64,000 nt of DNA from Candidatus Aminicenantes bacterium (GCA_016933515.1 JAFGAV010000113.1:19023-83022); one strand, 5' to 3'; positions 29,836 through 40,805 are shown, numbered from the stretch's first letter. Program-made: numbers and translations. Notes: a model not told the origin generated them from the sequence alone.

Positions 29836-30452
29836 GCCCCGGGCTTCCCGCGGAAACTCGCCCGGTGGAGCGGCGTTCGGCCCTGCCGCTCCAGAACCCG
29901 GAAGTGTTCCCGCGTCCCGTACCCCTTGTGACGCGCCAACCCCAGTCCCTCGAAAAGGCGATCCAAGCTGTCCATCATTCCGTCGCGAAGCACCTTGGCC
30001 ACGATCGAAGCCGCGGCGATGGTCAGGCTCCGACGATCGCCCTGCTTCACTCGCTGCTGAAGATAATGTACTCCTTTCAGCTCGAAACCGTCAACCAAGA
30101 CCACATCGGGACGTCGCGACAGGGCGGCCACGGCCCTTTTCATGGCCGTGAGCGACGCCCGGTGGACGTTCAGCCCGTCCACCTCCCGGCTCGTCGCCGC
30201 TCCCAGCCCGACGGCCTGGGCCTCCCTGAGGATGAGTCGGCAGAGGATTCGCCTTTTGGCCGGACGAAGGGCCTTGGAATCGTCGACCTCCGAAAGCCAG
30301 GGCGGGAACATCCCCTCGATCCATTCGCGGGGAAACATCACGGCCGCCGCCACGACGGGACCGAAAAGAGAGCCTCGTCCGGCCTCGTCCACTCCGGCGA
30401 TTCCCTCGAAATGCCTCCGCGAATACTCGCGTTCGATCGAAAAATCAGGCAC
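29823..30452 (-). CDS. rnhB: ribonuclease HII
   Basis: Has the catalytic 'GVDEAGRGSLFGPVV' motif. It is the last gene of the rplS operon. Confidence 0.85.
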   Translation of the reverse strand: MPDFSIEREYSRRHFEGIAGVDEAGRGSLFGPVVAAAVMFPREWIEGMFPPWLSEVDDSKALRPAKRRILCRLILREAQAVGLGAATSREVDGLNVHRASLTAMKRAVAALSRRPDVVLVDGFELKGVHYLQQRVKQGDRRSLTIAAASIVAKVLRDGMMDSLDRLFEGLGLARHKGYGTREHFRVLERQGRTPLHRASFRGKPGAWKK

Positions 30453-30512
30453 CTTTTCTCGACCGCTCCGGCCGGCCCGAAGACTGGCGCCTCAGCCCGA
30501 AGCCCGGCGCCC

Positions 30513-30860
30513 TCAGGACCGGTCTTCCTTCAGCCGGGCGGCCTTGCCCTTGAGCTTCCTCAGGTAATACAGCTTGGCCCGTCTCACCTTCCCGCGTTTG
30601 ACGACATCCACTTTCTTCACCGCCAGGGAGTGGAGGGGAAAGATTTTCTCGACGCCCACGCCGAAGGAAATTTTGCGCACGGTGAACGTCTCGCCCAGGC
30701 CCGAACCCCGGCGGGCGATGACGTCGCCCTGGAAAACCTGGATGCGCTCCTTGTTTTCGGCTTCCTTGATGATGATGTGAACCTTGACCGTGTCGCCGAC
30801 TTTGAAGGGGGTAATGTCCTTCCTGAGACTCTTGTCTTCATAAGCCGTCATGATGTTCAT
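30513..30860 (-). CDS. rplS: 50S ribosomal protein L19
   Basis: 115 aa with '[34 protein letters not shown]'. Confidence 0.9.
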   Translation of the reverse strand: MNIMTAYEDKSLRKDITPFKVGDTVKVHIIIKEAENKERIQVFQGDVIARRGSGLGETFTVRKISFGVGVEKIFPLHSLAVKKVDVVKRGKVRRAKLYYLRKLKGKAARLKEDRS

Positions 30861-31603
30861 GGCGTTTTCCTCTCTTTGCGTTCCTTGTCCATCCGTTCCA
30901 ACAGTTTTCTGTCCTCGGGGCTGAGGTCGGCCTTCGCCAAGAGGTCCGGCCTCTTGAGCCGCGTTTTTTCCAGGGCCTTTTTCCTCCTCCAGGACGAAAT
31001 CTTCCCGTGATTGCCGGAAAAGAGGACCTCGGGGGTCTTCATTCCCCGAAACTCCCTCGGCCGCGTGTAATGGGGAAAATCGAGGAGCCCGCGGCTGAAG
31101 GAATCCCGCGCCACCGATTCCTCCTTGCCCACCACTCCGGGGACGAATCTCGAAACGGCGTCCACGATGACCACGGCCGCCGGCTCCCCTCCGGTCAGGA
31201 CGTAATCCCCGATGGACACTTCCTCGGCGGCCAAGAAGCGGCTCACCCTCTCATCCACGCCCTCATAACGGCCGCAAATGAGAAGAATCCGCGGGAACCG
31301 GGCCCATTCCTCGGCCAGGCGCTGGTCGAATCGGCGACCCTGGGGGGAGAGCAGATAGGCGGGCGCGTCCGAGCCGCCCCTCAGGCTTTCGACGGCGGCG
31401 AAAATCGGCTCGGGCTTGAACACCATGCCCTCGTCTCCGCCGAAAGGACGGTCGTCCACCTGCCGGTGCTTGCCGGTCGCGTAGTCGCGCAGGTTGTGCA
31501 CGTTCACCTGGATCAACCCTCTCTCCACGGCCTTGCGGATGATCCCTCCCGAGAACACCGAGGCGAACATCTCGGGAAAGATGGTGATTATATCAAATCT
31601 CAT
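30857..31603 (-). CDS. trmD: tRNA (guanine37-N1)-methyltransferase
   Basis: Has '[13 protein letters not shown]' and the SPOUT knot '[15 protein letters not shown]'. Confidence 0.9.
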   Translation of the reverse strand: MRFDIITIFPEMFASVFSGGIIRKAVERGLIQVNVHNLRDYATGKHRQVDDRPFGGDEGMVFKPEPIFAAVESLRGGSDAPAYLLSPQGRRFDQRLAEEWARFPRILLICGRYEGVDERVSRFLAAEEVSIGDYVLTGGEPAAVVIVDAVSRFVPGVVGKEESVARDSFSRGLLDFPHYTRPREFRGMKTPEVLFSGNHGKISSWRRKKALEKTRLKRPDLLAKADLSPEDRKLLERMDKERKERKTP

Positions 31604-32114
31604 TCAGGTCCAAAAGACCGTCCGGAGGATCCACCCGGATCCGTCCCTCCTCAGGGCGGATCTCACGGCAGATGCGGGCCGAGAGGGGGATCAGGACTTC
31701 TTTCCCCTCTCGCTCCACGACCAGCAAGCCGGATTCCCCGACCGGGACGACGGCCGTCACCGCGCCCAGATCCTCTCCGGACAGGGTGACGACCCGGCAG
31801 CCGATGAGCTGGCCGGCGAAAAAGGCGTCCTCGCCGGGCGGAGGGAGGTTGCTTACGGAAAGAAGGATCTCGCTTCCTCTCATTGCTTCGGCCGCCACCG
31901 AACTGTCGACGCCCTCGAGCTTCAGGAACCCGCTTCCCCGCTCACGGCGGACGGACCGCACCGCGAACCGTTCCACGTTTCCCGCGCGCCGGAGAAAAAG
32001 GAACGGGACGCCTTCCAGCCTGAAATCCGGGAACAGTTTGAATTTCATCTCCCCGCCGGCCCCATGACTCCTCAAGATCCGGCCGACGGGGTGGAGAACG
32101 TCAGCCTTTTTCAA
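31593..32114 (-). CDS. rimM: 16S rRNA processing protein RimM
   Basis: Has the RimM N-terminal beta-barrel and a PRC domain, in the conserved rimM-trmD position. Confidence 0.8.
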   Translation of the reverse strand: MKKADVLHPVGRILRSHGAGGEMKFKLFPDFRLEGVPFLFLRRAGNVERFAVRSVRRERGSGFLKLEGVDSSVAAEAMRGSEILLSVSNLPPPGEDAFFAGQLIGCRVVTLSGEDLGAVTAVVPVGESGLLVVEREGKEVLIPLSARICREIRPEEGRIRVDPPDGLLDLNEI

Positions 32115-32337
32115 TGATCTCCAGGTTGAATCTCCGCTTGAGTTTCATGCCCGCGGCGCCGAGTATGATCCGAATGGCCCGGGCCGTACGGCCTTGCTTG
32201 CCGATCACCTTGCCCAGGTCTTCGGGGGCGACTTTGAGCTCCAGGATGGTGGTCTGCTCCCCTTCGAGCTGGGACACCAGCACCTTCTCCGGATTGTCCA
32301 CGAGCGCTTTGGCGATGAGTTCAACAAGTTCTTTCAC
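32101..32337 (-). CDS. KH domain RNA-binding protein (UPF0109 family)
   Basis: 78 aa with '[17 protein letters not shown]', the KH GxxG. It is the typical rpsP-rimM spacer gene. Confidence 0.75.
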   Translation of the reverse strand: MKELVELIAKALVDNPEKVLVSQLEGEQTTILELKVAPEDLGKVIGKQGRTARAIRIILGAAGMKLKRRFNLEIIEKG

Positions 32338-32364
32338 GGCGACCTCCTTTCGTCGGTGTCGGAC

Positions 32365-32619
32365 TCACTTGGATGATTGGAATCGTTTTTCCGCTTTGTG
32401 CAGGAGCGATTGAACCGTGCGGGACGCACGCGCGCCCCTGGCCAGCCACATTTTGGCCTTGTCGAGGTCGAGCTTGATTTCAGCCGGCTCGACAAGGGGA
32501 TTGTAATGCCCGATCGTATCCTTGGCTTTGCTCTCCCTGGGTTTCTTGGAATCCATGACCACGATTCTGTAGGCGGGCTTGCCTTTGGCTCCGAACCGCA
32601 TCAGTCGCATAGCTAACAT
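32365..32619 (-). CDS. rpsP: 30S ribosomal protein S16
   Basis: Has 'MLAMRLMRFGAKGKPAYRIVVMDS', a canonical S16 N-terminus. Confidence 0.9.
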   Translation of the reverse strand: MLAMRLMRFGAKGKPAYRIVVMDSKKPRESKAKDTIGHYNPLVEPAEIKLDLDKAKMWLARGARASRTVQSLLHKAEKRFQSSK

Positions 32620-32698
32620 CTTCGATCTTCTCTCGGCTTGGATTTTTGTGAGAGAGAATTTTATCCGAATCCTCCGTCAAAGTCAACTTGGAGGCGGC

Positions 32699-32777
32699 TT
32701 TATGACGTTTTGTGTGGTCCTTTCGCGTGAGCATTGGCCCTCAGACCGGAATTCACCACACCATTCGTCATAGAGCC
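32699..32777 (-). repeat. Copy 3 of the ~80-bp repeat family, between ffh and rpsP
   Basis: Its reverse complement is gggctctATGACGaatgGTGTGGTGAATTCCGGTCTGAGGGCCAATGCTCACGCgAAAGGACCACACAAAACGTCATa. Confidence 0.8.
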
Positions 32778-32826
32778 CTTGGGGGCCGTTCCTCCCTGCC
32801 GGAGCCGGCCGACGGCCCGCCGCGGG

Positions 32827-34161
32827 CTATCCCGACTTGAAAAAACCCGAAGACATCATTTTCTTGAAACCGGGCTTTTTGATCATGCGCTTCATCTCCG
32901 CGAACTGCTTGAGGAGCTGGTTGACTTCCTGGATCGGCCGCCCGCTGCCCCGGGCGATGCGCTTGCGGCGGCTGCCGTCGATGATCCTCTCATCATTGCG
33001 TTCGCGGGGGGTCATGGATCTGATGATCGCCTCAAAATGAGACACTCTTCGGTCGTCCACCTGCGCCCGGGCCAACGCCTTGAAGGGACCGGATCCGGGC
33101 AGGTGACCGAGGAGTCCCGAAAGGGAGCCCATTTTTTTGAGTTGCAGGAGCTGCTTGAGAAAATCCTCCAGCGTGAACTCCTCCCGGCGGAGGCGTCGGG
33201 CCAATTCCTCGGATTCCTTGAGGTCGGCCTCTCCCTCGGCTTTTTCGATGAGCGTCAGCAGGTCGCCCATGCCCAGAATGCGGGAGGCCATACGGTCGGG
33301 ATGGAACACTTCGAGCTTGTCGGAATTTTCCCCCACTCCCATGAACTTGACGGGCAAACCGGTGACCGAGACGATCGACAGAGCCGCTCCGCCGCGGGCG
33401 TCGCCGTCGAGCTTGGTTAGGATGATCGAGGTCAGGCCGATGCGCTCAAAGAACGCCTTGGCGCTTTTGACCGCATCCTGTCCGGTCAGGGCGTCGCCGA
33501 CGTAGACGACCTCCGCGGGATTGAGAACGTCCCGAACCATGCGAAGCTCCTCCATGAGCTCTTCGTCGATATGGAGGCGGCCGGCCGTATCCACGATGAG
33601 AGGGTCATAGGCCCTGTCGCGGGCGAAACGGACGACCTCCCTGAGGGCCTTTTCGGAAGATGCCGGCCGTCCCTCGGCAGCCTCATAAAAAGCCGCTTTG
33701 ACCTGGCCGGCGATCTGTCTGATTTGCTCCTGGGCCGCCGGCCTTTTCATGTCGAAAGACACAAGAAGGGGGTTGCGACCGAGTCCCTGAACATATCGGG
33801 CCAGCTTGCCGCAGGTGGTCGTCTTGCCGCTTCCCTGGAGCCCGACGAGCATGAAGACCGACGGAGGGGCGGCGGCGAAGTTCAGCGGCTTGGTTTTGGA
33901 TCCCAGCATGACGGTCAATTCGTCCCGGACGATTTTGATGACCTGCTGGGCGGGCGTCAGACTGTCCAGGACGTCCCGGTTGAGCGATCGGGCCCTGATT
34001 CTCTCCTCAAAATCCCTGACAACCTTATAGTTGACGTCGGCCTCAAGGAGGGCCAGTCGGAGCATCCGCAGAGCTTCGGCCATGTTCTTTTCCGTGATCT
34101 TGGCCTCGCCCCGAAGATATTTCAGGACTTTCTGCAGACGTTCCGACAGCTGATCGAACAT
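32827..34161 (-). CDS. ffh: signal recognition particle protein Ffh
   Basis: Has the NG domain 'GLQGSGKTTTCGKLA' and 'DTAGR', and a C-terminal Met-rich M domain. Confidence 0.9.
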   Translation of the reverse strand: MFDQLSERLQKVLKYLRGEAKITEKNMAEALRMLRLALLEADVNYKVVRDFEERIRARSLNRDVLDSLTPAQQVIKIVRDELTVMLGSKTKPLNFAAAPPSVFMLVGLQGSGKTTTCGKLARYVQGLGRNPLLVSFDMKRPAAQEQIRQIAGQVKAAFYEAAEGRPASSEKALREVVRFARDRAYDPLIVDTAGRLHIDEELMEELRMVRDVLNPAEVVYVGDALTGQDAVKSAKAFFERIGLTSIILTKLDGDARGGAALSIVSVTGLPVKFMGVGENSDKLEVFHPDRMASRILGMGDLLTLIEKAEGEADLKESEELARRLRREEFTLEDFLKQLLQLKKMGSLSGLLGHLPGSGPFKALARAQVDDRRVSHFEAIIRSMTPRERNDERIIDGSRRKRIARGSGRPIQEVNQLLKQFAEMKRMIKKPGFKKMMSSGFFKSG

Positions 34162-34173
34162 CGGCGTTGTCCG

Positions 34174-35274
34174 TCAGTCGTCGACGCCCAGGCTCGTGCC
34201 CACGCAGCGGGCCACTTTGAGGAGGGGATGGTTGACCGGCACGGTTTTCATGCGGCCGGCCACCTCCTCCAGGGGAACGGACACGATGTCCTCTCCCCGG
34301 AGAGCCGCCATGCGGCCGAATTCCCCCCGGCCGATCATCTCCGCCGCCGCCACTCCAAAACGGGTCGCCAGAATGCGGTCGAAGGGCGTCGGAGTCCCGC
34401 TGCGCTGAAGATGTCCGAGGATCGTGACCCGCGTTTCCAGTCCCGTCTTCTCCTCGATCTCTTCGGTCAGCTTGGTGCCGATGCCTCCCAGCCGGGGCCG
34501 TCCCCGGCTGGCGGGCGTCTCTTTCTGAAACACGACTTCCCCGCCCCTCGGTTTGGCCCCCTCGGCCACGCAGACGATGCTGAACTTCCGTCCGATCCGC
34601 CTGCGGAACCTGAATTTTTCGCAGACCGTCTCCAGGTCAAAATCGAGTTCGGGAATGAGGATGACATCCGCGCCCCCGGCCACTCCCGCTCCCAGGGCCA
34701 GCCAGCCGGCGTACCGCCCCATAACCTCCACGACCATCACCCGATGGTGGGATTGCGCCGTGGTGTGAATCCGATCGATGGCCTCGGCTGCCACCGAGAC
34801 GGCGGAATCGTAGCCGAATGTGACGTCCGTTCCCCACAGGTCGTTGTCGATGGTCTTGGGCACGCCCACGACCTTGAGCCCTTTGTCCCTCAGCGCCTGG
34901 GCGATGGTCATCGATCCGTCGCCGCCCAGGCAACAAACCGCCTCCAACCCGGCCGCTTCCATATTGGCCAAGGCCCGGCCGGAGAGGTCGCGGGAGACGA
35001 CTTCACCGCCCTCGGTCACTGGATAATGAAACGGGTCGGCCTTGTTGGACGTTCCCAAGATCGTCCCCCCAATCTGAAGAATGCCCGACACGTCGTCATA
35101 AGACAGGGGACGAAAACGGTTTTCGACCAGCCCCTCGAAACCGTCTTCAATGCCGAAAACCTCGATGTCGAACCGGCTGATCAGGGACTTGGTCACGGCC
35201 CGGATCACGGCGTTCAGGCCCGGGCAGTCGCCTCCTCCCGTCAGGATGCCGATTCTTTTTCTTCGAATGCCCAT
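34174..35274 (-). CDS. pfkA: 6-phosphofructokinase
   Basis: Has 'GILTGGGDCPGLNAVIRAV' and 'GGDGS' and 'PKTIDND' PFK motifs. Confidence 0.85.
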   Translation of the reverse strand: MGIRRKRIGILTGGGDCPGLNAVIRAVTKSLISRFDIEVFGIEDGFEGLVENRFRPLSYDDVSGILQIGGTILGTSNKADPFHYPVTEGGEVVSRDLSGRALANMEAAGLEAVCCLGGDGSMTIAQALRDKGLKVVGVPKTIDNDLWGTDVTFGYDSAVSVAAEAIDRIHTTAQSHHRVMVVEVMGRYAGWLALGAGVAGGADVILIPELDFDLETVCEKFRFRRRIGRKFSIVCVAEGAKPRGGEVVFQKETPASRGRPRLGGIGTKLTEEIEEKTGLETRVTILGHLQRSGTPTPFDRILATRFGVAAAEMIGRGEFGRMAALRGEDIVSVPLEEVAGRMKTVPVNHPLLKVARCVGTSLGVDD

Positions 35275-35396
35275 GATCGATCCTTTTCAAAATTCAAGGA
35301 AATTACGATACAGGATTTCCGGCTTTATGTAAACTCGAACCGGGCAAAAATCAATCCGCCCCGTCCTCTTTGGAGGACAATCCGGCCTGATTTTCC

Positions 35397-35425
35397 TTGA
35401 CAACACCTACCCTCATGGTTAAGGT
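35397..35425 (+). promoter_or_regulatory. sigma70-like promoter candidate for accBC
   Basis: TTGACA, a 17-nt spacer, then TAAGGT (a weak -10). Confidence 0.3.
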
Positions 35426-35450
35426 ATTACTGCCTTTTCAGGTGGTGCCA

Positions 35451-35924
35451 ATGAACAAGCCAGCGATAAATTACGACGAGATTCTTAAGCTCATCGCTCT
35501 CCTCGAAGAAAAAAAGCTGTCACATTTTGAGCTCGAAGTGGACGGTTTCAAGATCCGGATGAGCAAGAACACTTCATCGGTCCCGACGTCGGAAACCAGG
35601 TCCGTCCCGCCCGCGAACGCCGCGCCCTCAGGGTCCGTTCCCGAAGCCGCGGAGGCCGTTTCCCAGGGCCTGGAGCCCAACCTTCACTTCGTCACCTCGC
35701 CCATGGTCGGCACGTTTTACCGCGCCCCCAACCCCACCTCCCCGCCCTTCGTCGAAGCGGGCGAGCCCGTGAAAAAAAAGCAGATGCTCTGCATCATTGA
35801 GGCCATGAAGCTCATGAACGAAATTGAATGCGACGTGGACGGCGTCGTCAAGGAAATTTTCGTCGAGAACGCCAAGCCCGTCGAGTTCGGCCAGAAATTG
35901 TTCTCCATTCTGAAGACCGGCTGA
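35451..35924 (+). CDS. accB: acetyl-CoA carboxylase biotin carboxyl carrier protein
   Basis: Has 'EAMKLMNEI' (the biotinyl-lysine AMKM-type motif) and a Pro/Ala-rich linker. The start was taken at MNKPAIN (AGGTGG RBS). Confidence 0.85.
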   Translation: MNKPAINYDEILKLIALLEEKKLSHFELEVDGFKIRMSKNTSSVPTSETRSVPPANAAPSGSVPEAAEAVSQGLEPNLHFVTSPMVGTFYRAPNPTSPPFVEAGEPVKKKQMLCIIEAMKLMNEIECDVDGVVKEIFVENAKPVEFGQKLFSILKTG

Positions 35925-35928
35925 CCTG

Positions 35929-37311
35929 ATGTTCTCCAAGATCCTGATCGCCAACCGCGGGGAAATCGCCCTGCGCATCATCCGTGCCGCCCGGGAGCTG
36001 GGCTTCAAGACCGTGGCCGTTTATTCCGAAGCGGACAAGACCGCCCTGCATACGCTGCTGGCCCATGAAAAGATCTGCATCGGTCCGGCCAAGGCGTCCG
36101 ACAGCTATCTCAATATCCCCAACCTGTTGAGCGCCGCGGAAATCACCAAGGCCGACGCCATTCATCCCGGCTACGGTTTCCTTTCGGAAAACGCCCGCTT
36201 CGCCGAGATCTGCGAGACTTCGGGCATCGTTTTCATCGGTCCGCCGGCTTCGGCCATCCGCCTCTTGGGCGACAAGAACCGGGCCCGTCAGGAAATGAAA
36301 AAAGCCCGCGTGCCCGTCATTCCCGGCGGGGAGAAAATCCTCCAGGACATGGAGGAAGCCAAGAAGCTCGCCCGCCAGTTCGGATTCCCCGTCATTCTCA
36401 AGGCGGCCTCCGGAGGCGGCGGCAAGGGGATGCGCATCGCCCACAACCCGGCCCAGCTCGAGGAGCAGTTTCCCATCGCCCAGAACGAGGCCAAATCCGC
36501 CTTCGGCGACGCGTCTCTCTATATGGAGAAGTTCCTGTCCAGCGCGCGGCACATCGAGATCCAGGTGGCGGCCGATAAAAACGGCCGGGTGCACGCCTTC
36601 GGCGAAAGAGAGTGCTCCGTCCAGCGCAAATACCAGAAACTCATCGAGGAAACCCCCTCCACGATGGTCGACCCCCGCCTGAGGCGGAAAATGATCGCCG
36701 CCGCCGAGGAGGCGGCCCGCTATCTCGGTTATCAGAGCTTGGGAACCTTCGAATTTCTCGTCGACGAGAAGAAAAACTTCTTTTTCATGGAAGCCAACAC
36801 CCGCGTCCAGGTCGAACATCCCATCACCGAGGCCGTTTACAACATCGACCTTCTGAAAATGCAGCTCCGCATGGCGGCCGGGGAAAAGCTCAATGTCCCC
36901 GAAGACATGGAGATGCGCGGCCACGCCATCGAATGCCGCATCAACGCCGAAGACCCGGAGACGTTCGTCCCTTCTCCGGGGAAAATCGATTTCCTGGTCT
37001 TTCCGGGGGGAGAGGGCATCCGGGTGGATTCCGCCGCCTACTGCGGCTGTGAGATCCCTCCCCATTACGACTCGCTTCTGGCCAAAATCATCGCCCTCGC
37101 GCCCACACGCCAGGCAGCCATCAAGAAGATGATCACCGCCCTGGAGATGACGACCATCGTCGGCGTCAAGACCAATCTGCCCCTCCACCTGAAAATCCTC
37201 TCCGACCGGGAGTTCCAAACCGGCAGCTACGACACTCGCTTCATGGAAAGGTTCCTGTCCCGCAAAGAAACGGAAGCCCGGGAACAGACCCCCGGCGAGC
37301 GGGGCGCGTGA
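35929..37311 (+). CDS. accC: acetyl-CoA carboxylase biotin carboxylase subunit
   Basis: Has 'MFSKILIANRGEIALRIIRA' and ATP-grasp signatures. Confidence 0.9.
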   Translation: MFSKILIANRGEIALRIIRAARELGFKTVAVYSEADKTALHTLLAHEKICIGPAKASDSYLNIPNLLSAAEITKADAIHPGYGFLSENARFAEICETSGIVFIGPPASAIRLLGDKNRARQEMKKARVPVIPGGEKILQDMEEAKKLARQFGFPVILKAASGGGGKGMRIAHNPAQLEEQFPIAQNEAKSAFGDASLYMEKFLSSARHIEIQVAADKNGRVHAFGERECSVQRKYQKLIEETPSTMVDPRLRRKMIAAAEEAARYLGYQSLGTFEFLVDEKKNFFFMEANTRVQVEHPITEAVYNIDLLKMQLRMAAGEKLNVPEDMEMRGHAIECRINAEDPETFVPSPGKIDFLVFPGGEGIRVDSAAYCGCEIPPHYDSLLAKIIALAPTRQAAIKKMITALEMTTIVGVKTNLPLHLKILSDREFQTGSYDTRFMERFLSRKETEAREQTPGERGA

Positions 37312-37330
37312 TCGGTTCCTGGACGGCGCG

Positions 37331-37987
37331 TCAGCGCAGGAGATAAAGCTTCACTTCGTAGGAGCCTTCGTTGTCCCCCACGACGAGCTCATTGATTCCC
37401 AGATAGAAACGGCCGCGGCTGGGAATGGTCACCTCTGCGCGGCTGCCGACGGGGAAAACAGTCACGATCTCGTCCCGGACTTCTCGTCCCGTCTGGGGAT
37501 CGGCGTGGGAGGACAGGAAGAGGACGATCCGACCCACCAAGGCTCCGATATTGAGGTCGGGGAGAGGCTGTTGGACGGTTCTCAAAGCGTATCCGTCCGG
37601 ACCGCAGATCGCCGTGGGATTGCCTTTTTGAAGGGAGATGGCGCCGGAGGCCAGGACGTAAAATCTTTGGCCCTCGGACACATCCAGGCCCGTATCCGTC
37701 CAGGGGACGTCGCCCCGCACGGTGAGAAGATGGAGCGATTCGAAGTCGGCCGGAGCCGGATCGGCGGCCTCGAGTTCGATGTCCCTCTCTTCCGGGGCCG
37801 GGAAGATCCCTTCCTCGGGCTCCTCGGCTTCCGGAACGGATTCCTCTCCTTCCCCCCCATGGAGGGGCGGAGGAGGAATCAACCTCGGGTCGGACGAAGA
37901 GCAGCCGGAAAAGCAGGGAAGAATCCAAATCGCCAACAGCGCGGCGGCGAGCCGCCTCGAACGGGAAGGATCCCGAAAACTCACCAT
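37331..37987 (-). CDS. hypothetical lipoprotein
   Basis: Has a signal peptide with the lipobox 'LPCFSGC', an acidic linker, then a ~140-aa beta-rich domain. Confidence 0.5.
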   Translation of the reverse strand: MVSFRDPSRSRRLAAALLAIWILPCFSGCSSSDPRLIPPPPLHGGEGEESVPEAEEPEEGIFPAPEERDIELEAADPAPADFESLHLLTVRGDVPWTDTGLDVSEGQRFYVLASGAISLQKGNPTAICGPDGYALRTVQQPLPDLNIGALVGRIVLFLSSHADPQTGREVRDEIVTVFPVGSRAEVTIPSRGRFYLGINELVVGDNEGSYEVKLYLLR

Positions 37988-38125
37988 GGGCGTATTTTAT
38001 CAGCTCCCTCCCCCTCCGGCAACTTCCGGTGAATCCGAAACCGGCAGGGACGGATGAGATCGCGGCCTCGTCTCGGACGTCTCTTTACCATGATGATCTT
38101 AGACGGCGCCGGAGGGGTCAACGCT

Positions 38126-38154
38126 TTGCGTCGGAAACCGTATTAAGATATGAT
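38126..38154 (+). promoter_or_regulatory. sigma70-like promoter candidate for the adaptor/ABC operon
   Basis: TTGCGT, a 17-nt spacer, then TATGAT. Confidence 0.35.
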
Positions 38155-38175
38155 AAACGTCAGAAAGGCTGAATC

Positions 38176-39432
38176 ATGCCCTCTCCAAAAAGCTTCTTCC
38201 AGCGCAGAAAAAAGGCGCTCCTCGCCGCCGGCGCGCTTGTTTTTTTGGCGATCGTCTTCCTCTTCAACCTCCGCTCTCAGAGAGAGAGTCCCGTCAAGGT
38301 CACCGTGGAGACCGTCTCCTCCCGAAACCTGACCTCGATCATCTCCGCCTCGGGCGAAGTCCGGCCCCGCAAAAGCGTCAACATCAGCGCTCATGTGCCG
38401 GGACGCATCGTCCGCATCGGCGTTCGGGAGGGCCAGCCGGTCCGGAAAGGCGATTTCCTTCTGAAATTGGATTCCACGCAGTATGAGGCCAACGCAGACC
38501 GTGACCGGGCGATCATTCGCTTTTATAAAACCGAGCTTGAGAAGACCCGCGTCAAAAAAGACCAGGACCGGGCGGTCTACGAGCGCCAGAAACAACTGTT
38601 TTCCGGCCAGCTCGTCTCCCGGGAACAGATGGAAGCGGCCAAGGTTCAATATGACATCTCCCAGGCCCAGTACAATTCGATCCTTCATCAGATCGAGCAG
38701 TCCGAAGCCTCTCTGCGCGTCACGCTCGATTCCCTGAGCAAAACGGTCTTCGAGGCGCCCCTGGACGGGATCGTCACCAGCCTCCGGGTCGAGGAGGGCG
38801 AGGTGGCCATCATCGGCACGATGAACAATCCGGGCACCGTCCTCATGACCCTCGCCGATCTGTCCATCATGGAAGTCGAAGTTCAGGTCGACGAAACCGA
38901 CGTCATCGATGTCCGGGTCGGCCAGACGGCCGAAGTGCACGTCGACGCTCTTCCCGGACGGGTGCTCCCCGGGAGGGTGACGGAAGTGGGCAGTTCCGCC
39001 CTGCGGCCTTTGGGAACCGCCGCCTCCTCCACTCAGGAGTCCAAGGACTTCAAGGTCGTCGTCACCCTGGACGATCCGCCGCCCAATCTCAGGCCCGGCC
39101 TGTCCGCTTCGGCCGACATCATTACCGCCGAGAAAACCGGTGTTCTGGCCGTCCCCATTTCGGCGCTCGTGCTTCAGGAGCGGAAAGACGACGCGGCCGA
39201 CCGAACCACCCGGGCCCAGGCCGAGGTCGAGGGCGTGTTCGCGGTCGGGAAGGACGGGCGGGTGAAGTTCGCGCCGGTTGTGAAGGGCATCACCGGCGAC
39301 CTGATGATCGAAATCGTCTCGGGTCTCGAGGATGGGGCCGAAATTGTGGTCGGTCCCTACAGCGCTCTTCGCCAGCTTCGGGACGGGACCCTGATCAAGC
39401 CGGAGCCCCCCTCCGAAAAAACCCTTCCATGA
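38176..39432 (+). CDS. HlyD/MacA-family periplasmic adaptor subunit
   Basis: Has an N-terminal TM anchor, a biotinyl-lipoyl-like domain, a long coiled-coil hairpin, and beta-barrel and MP domains. Confidence 0.75.
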   Translation: MPSPKSFFQRRKKALLAAGALVFLAIVFLFNLRSQRESPVKVTVETVSSRNLTSIISASGEVRPRKSVNISAHVPGRIVRIGVREGQPVRKGDFLLKLDSTQYEANADRDRAIIRFYKTELEKTRVKKDQDRAVYERQKQLFSGQLVSREQMEAAKVQYDISQAQYNSILHQIEQSEASLRVTLDSLSKTVFEAPLDGIVTSLRVEEGEVAIIGTMNNPGTVLMTLADLSIMEVEVQVDETDVIDVRVGQTAEVHVDALPGRVLPGRVTEVGSSALRPLGTAASSTQESKDFKVVVTLDDPPPNLRPGLSASADIITAEKTGVLAVPISALVLQERKDDAADRTTRAQAEVEGVFAVGKDGRVKFAPVVKGITGDLMIEIVSGLEDGAEIVVGPYSALRQLRDGTLIKPEPPSEKTLP

Positions 39433-40133
39433 TCGGGAAAAACGGCGGGGACGGCGACCTCATCCGGGTCGAGGGATTGTGGAAGATCTATGAGCTCGGG
39501 AAGCAACGCGTCCCCGCTCTGCGCGACGTCAGCTTCTCCATTCCCCGAAACGAAATCGTGGCCATCATGGGTCCCTCAGGATCGGGGAAATCCACGCTCC
39601 TCAACCTCCTCGGTTGCCTCGACACGCCCACGAAGGGGCGGTACCGCCTGAACGGCAAGTTGGTCAGCGACCTTTCCGAAATCGAACTGGCCGACATCCG
39701 CAACAGAGAAATCGGCTTCGTTTTCCAGGTGTTCAATCTCCTGCCGCGGGCCACGGCCTTCCGCAACGTGGAGCTGCCTCTCATTTACCGGGGCTCGCCC
39801 AAGAGCGAACGGGAGGAGCGGACCCGAAAGGCCTTGGCGATGGTCGATATGACCGACCGGCAGGGACACCGCCCGGCCGAACTCTCGGGCGGGGAACGGC
39901 AGAGGGTGGCGATCGCCCGGGCCCTGGTCAACGAACCGTCGCTTCTCCTGGCCGACGAGCCGACGGGGAACCTGGACTCTCGGACGGGGGAAGAAATCCT
40001 GAGCCTCTTTCACAAGCTCCACCGCGAGGGGAACACCATCATCGTCGTCACGCACGACACGGACGTGGCCCATCAGACGCAGCGCATCATCCACATCCGA
40101 GACGGGCAAGTCGAAAAAGACGAGCGGAGGTGA
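39429..40133 (+). CDS. ABC transporter ATP-binding protein (MacB/LolD-type ATPase domain only)
   Basis: Has Walker A 'GPSGSGKST', the signature '[15 protein letters not shown]', and Walker B '[12 protein letters not shown]'. There is no fused FtsX domain. Confidence 0.85.
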   Translation: MIGKNGGDGDLIRVEGLWKIYELGKQRVPALRDVSFSIPRNEIVAIMGPSGSGKSTLLNLLGCLDTPTKGRYRLNGKLVSDLSEIELADIRNREIGFVFQVFNLLPRATAFRNVELPLIYRGSPKSEREERTRKALAMVDMTDRQGHRPAELSGGERQRVAIARALVNEPSLLLADEPTGNLDSRTGEEILSLFHKLHREGNTIIVVTHDTDVAHQTQRIIHIRDGQVEKDERR

Positions 40134-40136
40134 GGA

Positions 40137-40805
40137 ATGAACCTGCCGTCCAGAATTCAGGGAGTTTTTTTCGAGCCCCGGACGACCCTGCGCGCCGTCG
40201 CCGCCAAGCCGGTCTGGACGGACGTCCTGGCGGTGACGCTCATCGCCCTGGCCGTCTACACGATTTTCATTATGCCCTACGCCTCCCGGGAAGCCTTCAG
40301 CCACTACCAGGCTCAGGGGCAGGAGGCGCCGGATCTGAGCCGCATGCCCAAGTGGCTGCTGGTCATTCCCGTCCTCATCGGGCTTTTTTCGATGACGGCT
40401 GTCGTTTTTTTCTCGAGCGGAGTCGTCTATCTTATGGGCCGCCTGTTTTCCCCGCATGGGGAGTTCAAGGCCGTTCTGGCCGTCTATCTGCATGCCGGGC
40501 TGGTGGACGCCCTTCTGGGGAACGCCGTCCGTCTGGCCGTGGCCCTCACGAAAAAGTCGGCCCTGGTGGTCACGGGACCGGCGATGTTTTTCCCCGAAAT
40601 CCCGCCGCGCTCTTTCCTCTTCCTGGCCCTCGGGTCTTTCGATTTCTTCCGCCTGTGGGCGTTCGGCATTCTGGCCTGCGGCCTGGCTGCCGTTTTCAAA
40701 GTCGAAATGAAAAAGGCTTTTCTGATTGCGTTCCTTTCCTGGCTTGCTCTGGCCTCGATTTCCGTCGGCCTGGGCGGTCTGAGCATGGCCGTCGCTCGGC
40801 GCTAG
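40137..40805 (+). CDS. Yip1-family integral membrane protein
   Basis: 222 aa with 5 predicted TM helices. The N-terminal 'GVFFEPRTTLRAV' is typical of the Yip1/DUF1282 family. Confidence 0.55.
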   Translation: MNLPSRIQGVFFEPRTTLRAVAAKPVWTDVLAVTLIALAVYTIFIMPYASREAFSHYQAQGQEAPDLSRMPKWLLVIPVLIGLFSMTAVVFFSSGVVYLMGRLFSPHGEFKAVLAVYLHAGLVDALLGNAVRLAVALTKKSALVVTGPAMFFPEIPPRSFLFLALGSFDFFRLWAFGILACGLAAVFKVEMKKAFLIAFLSWLALASISVGLGGLSMAVARR

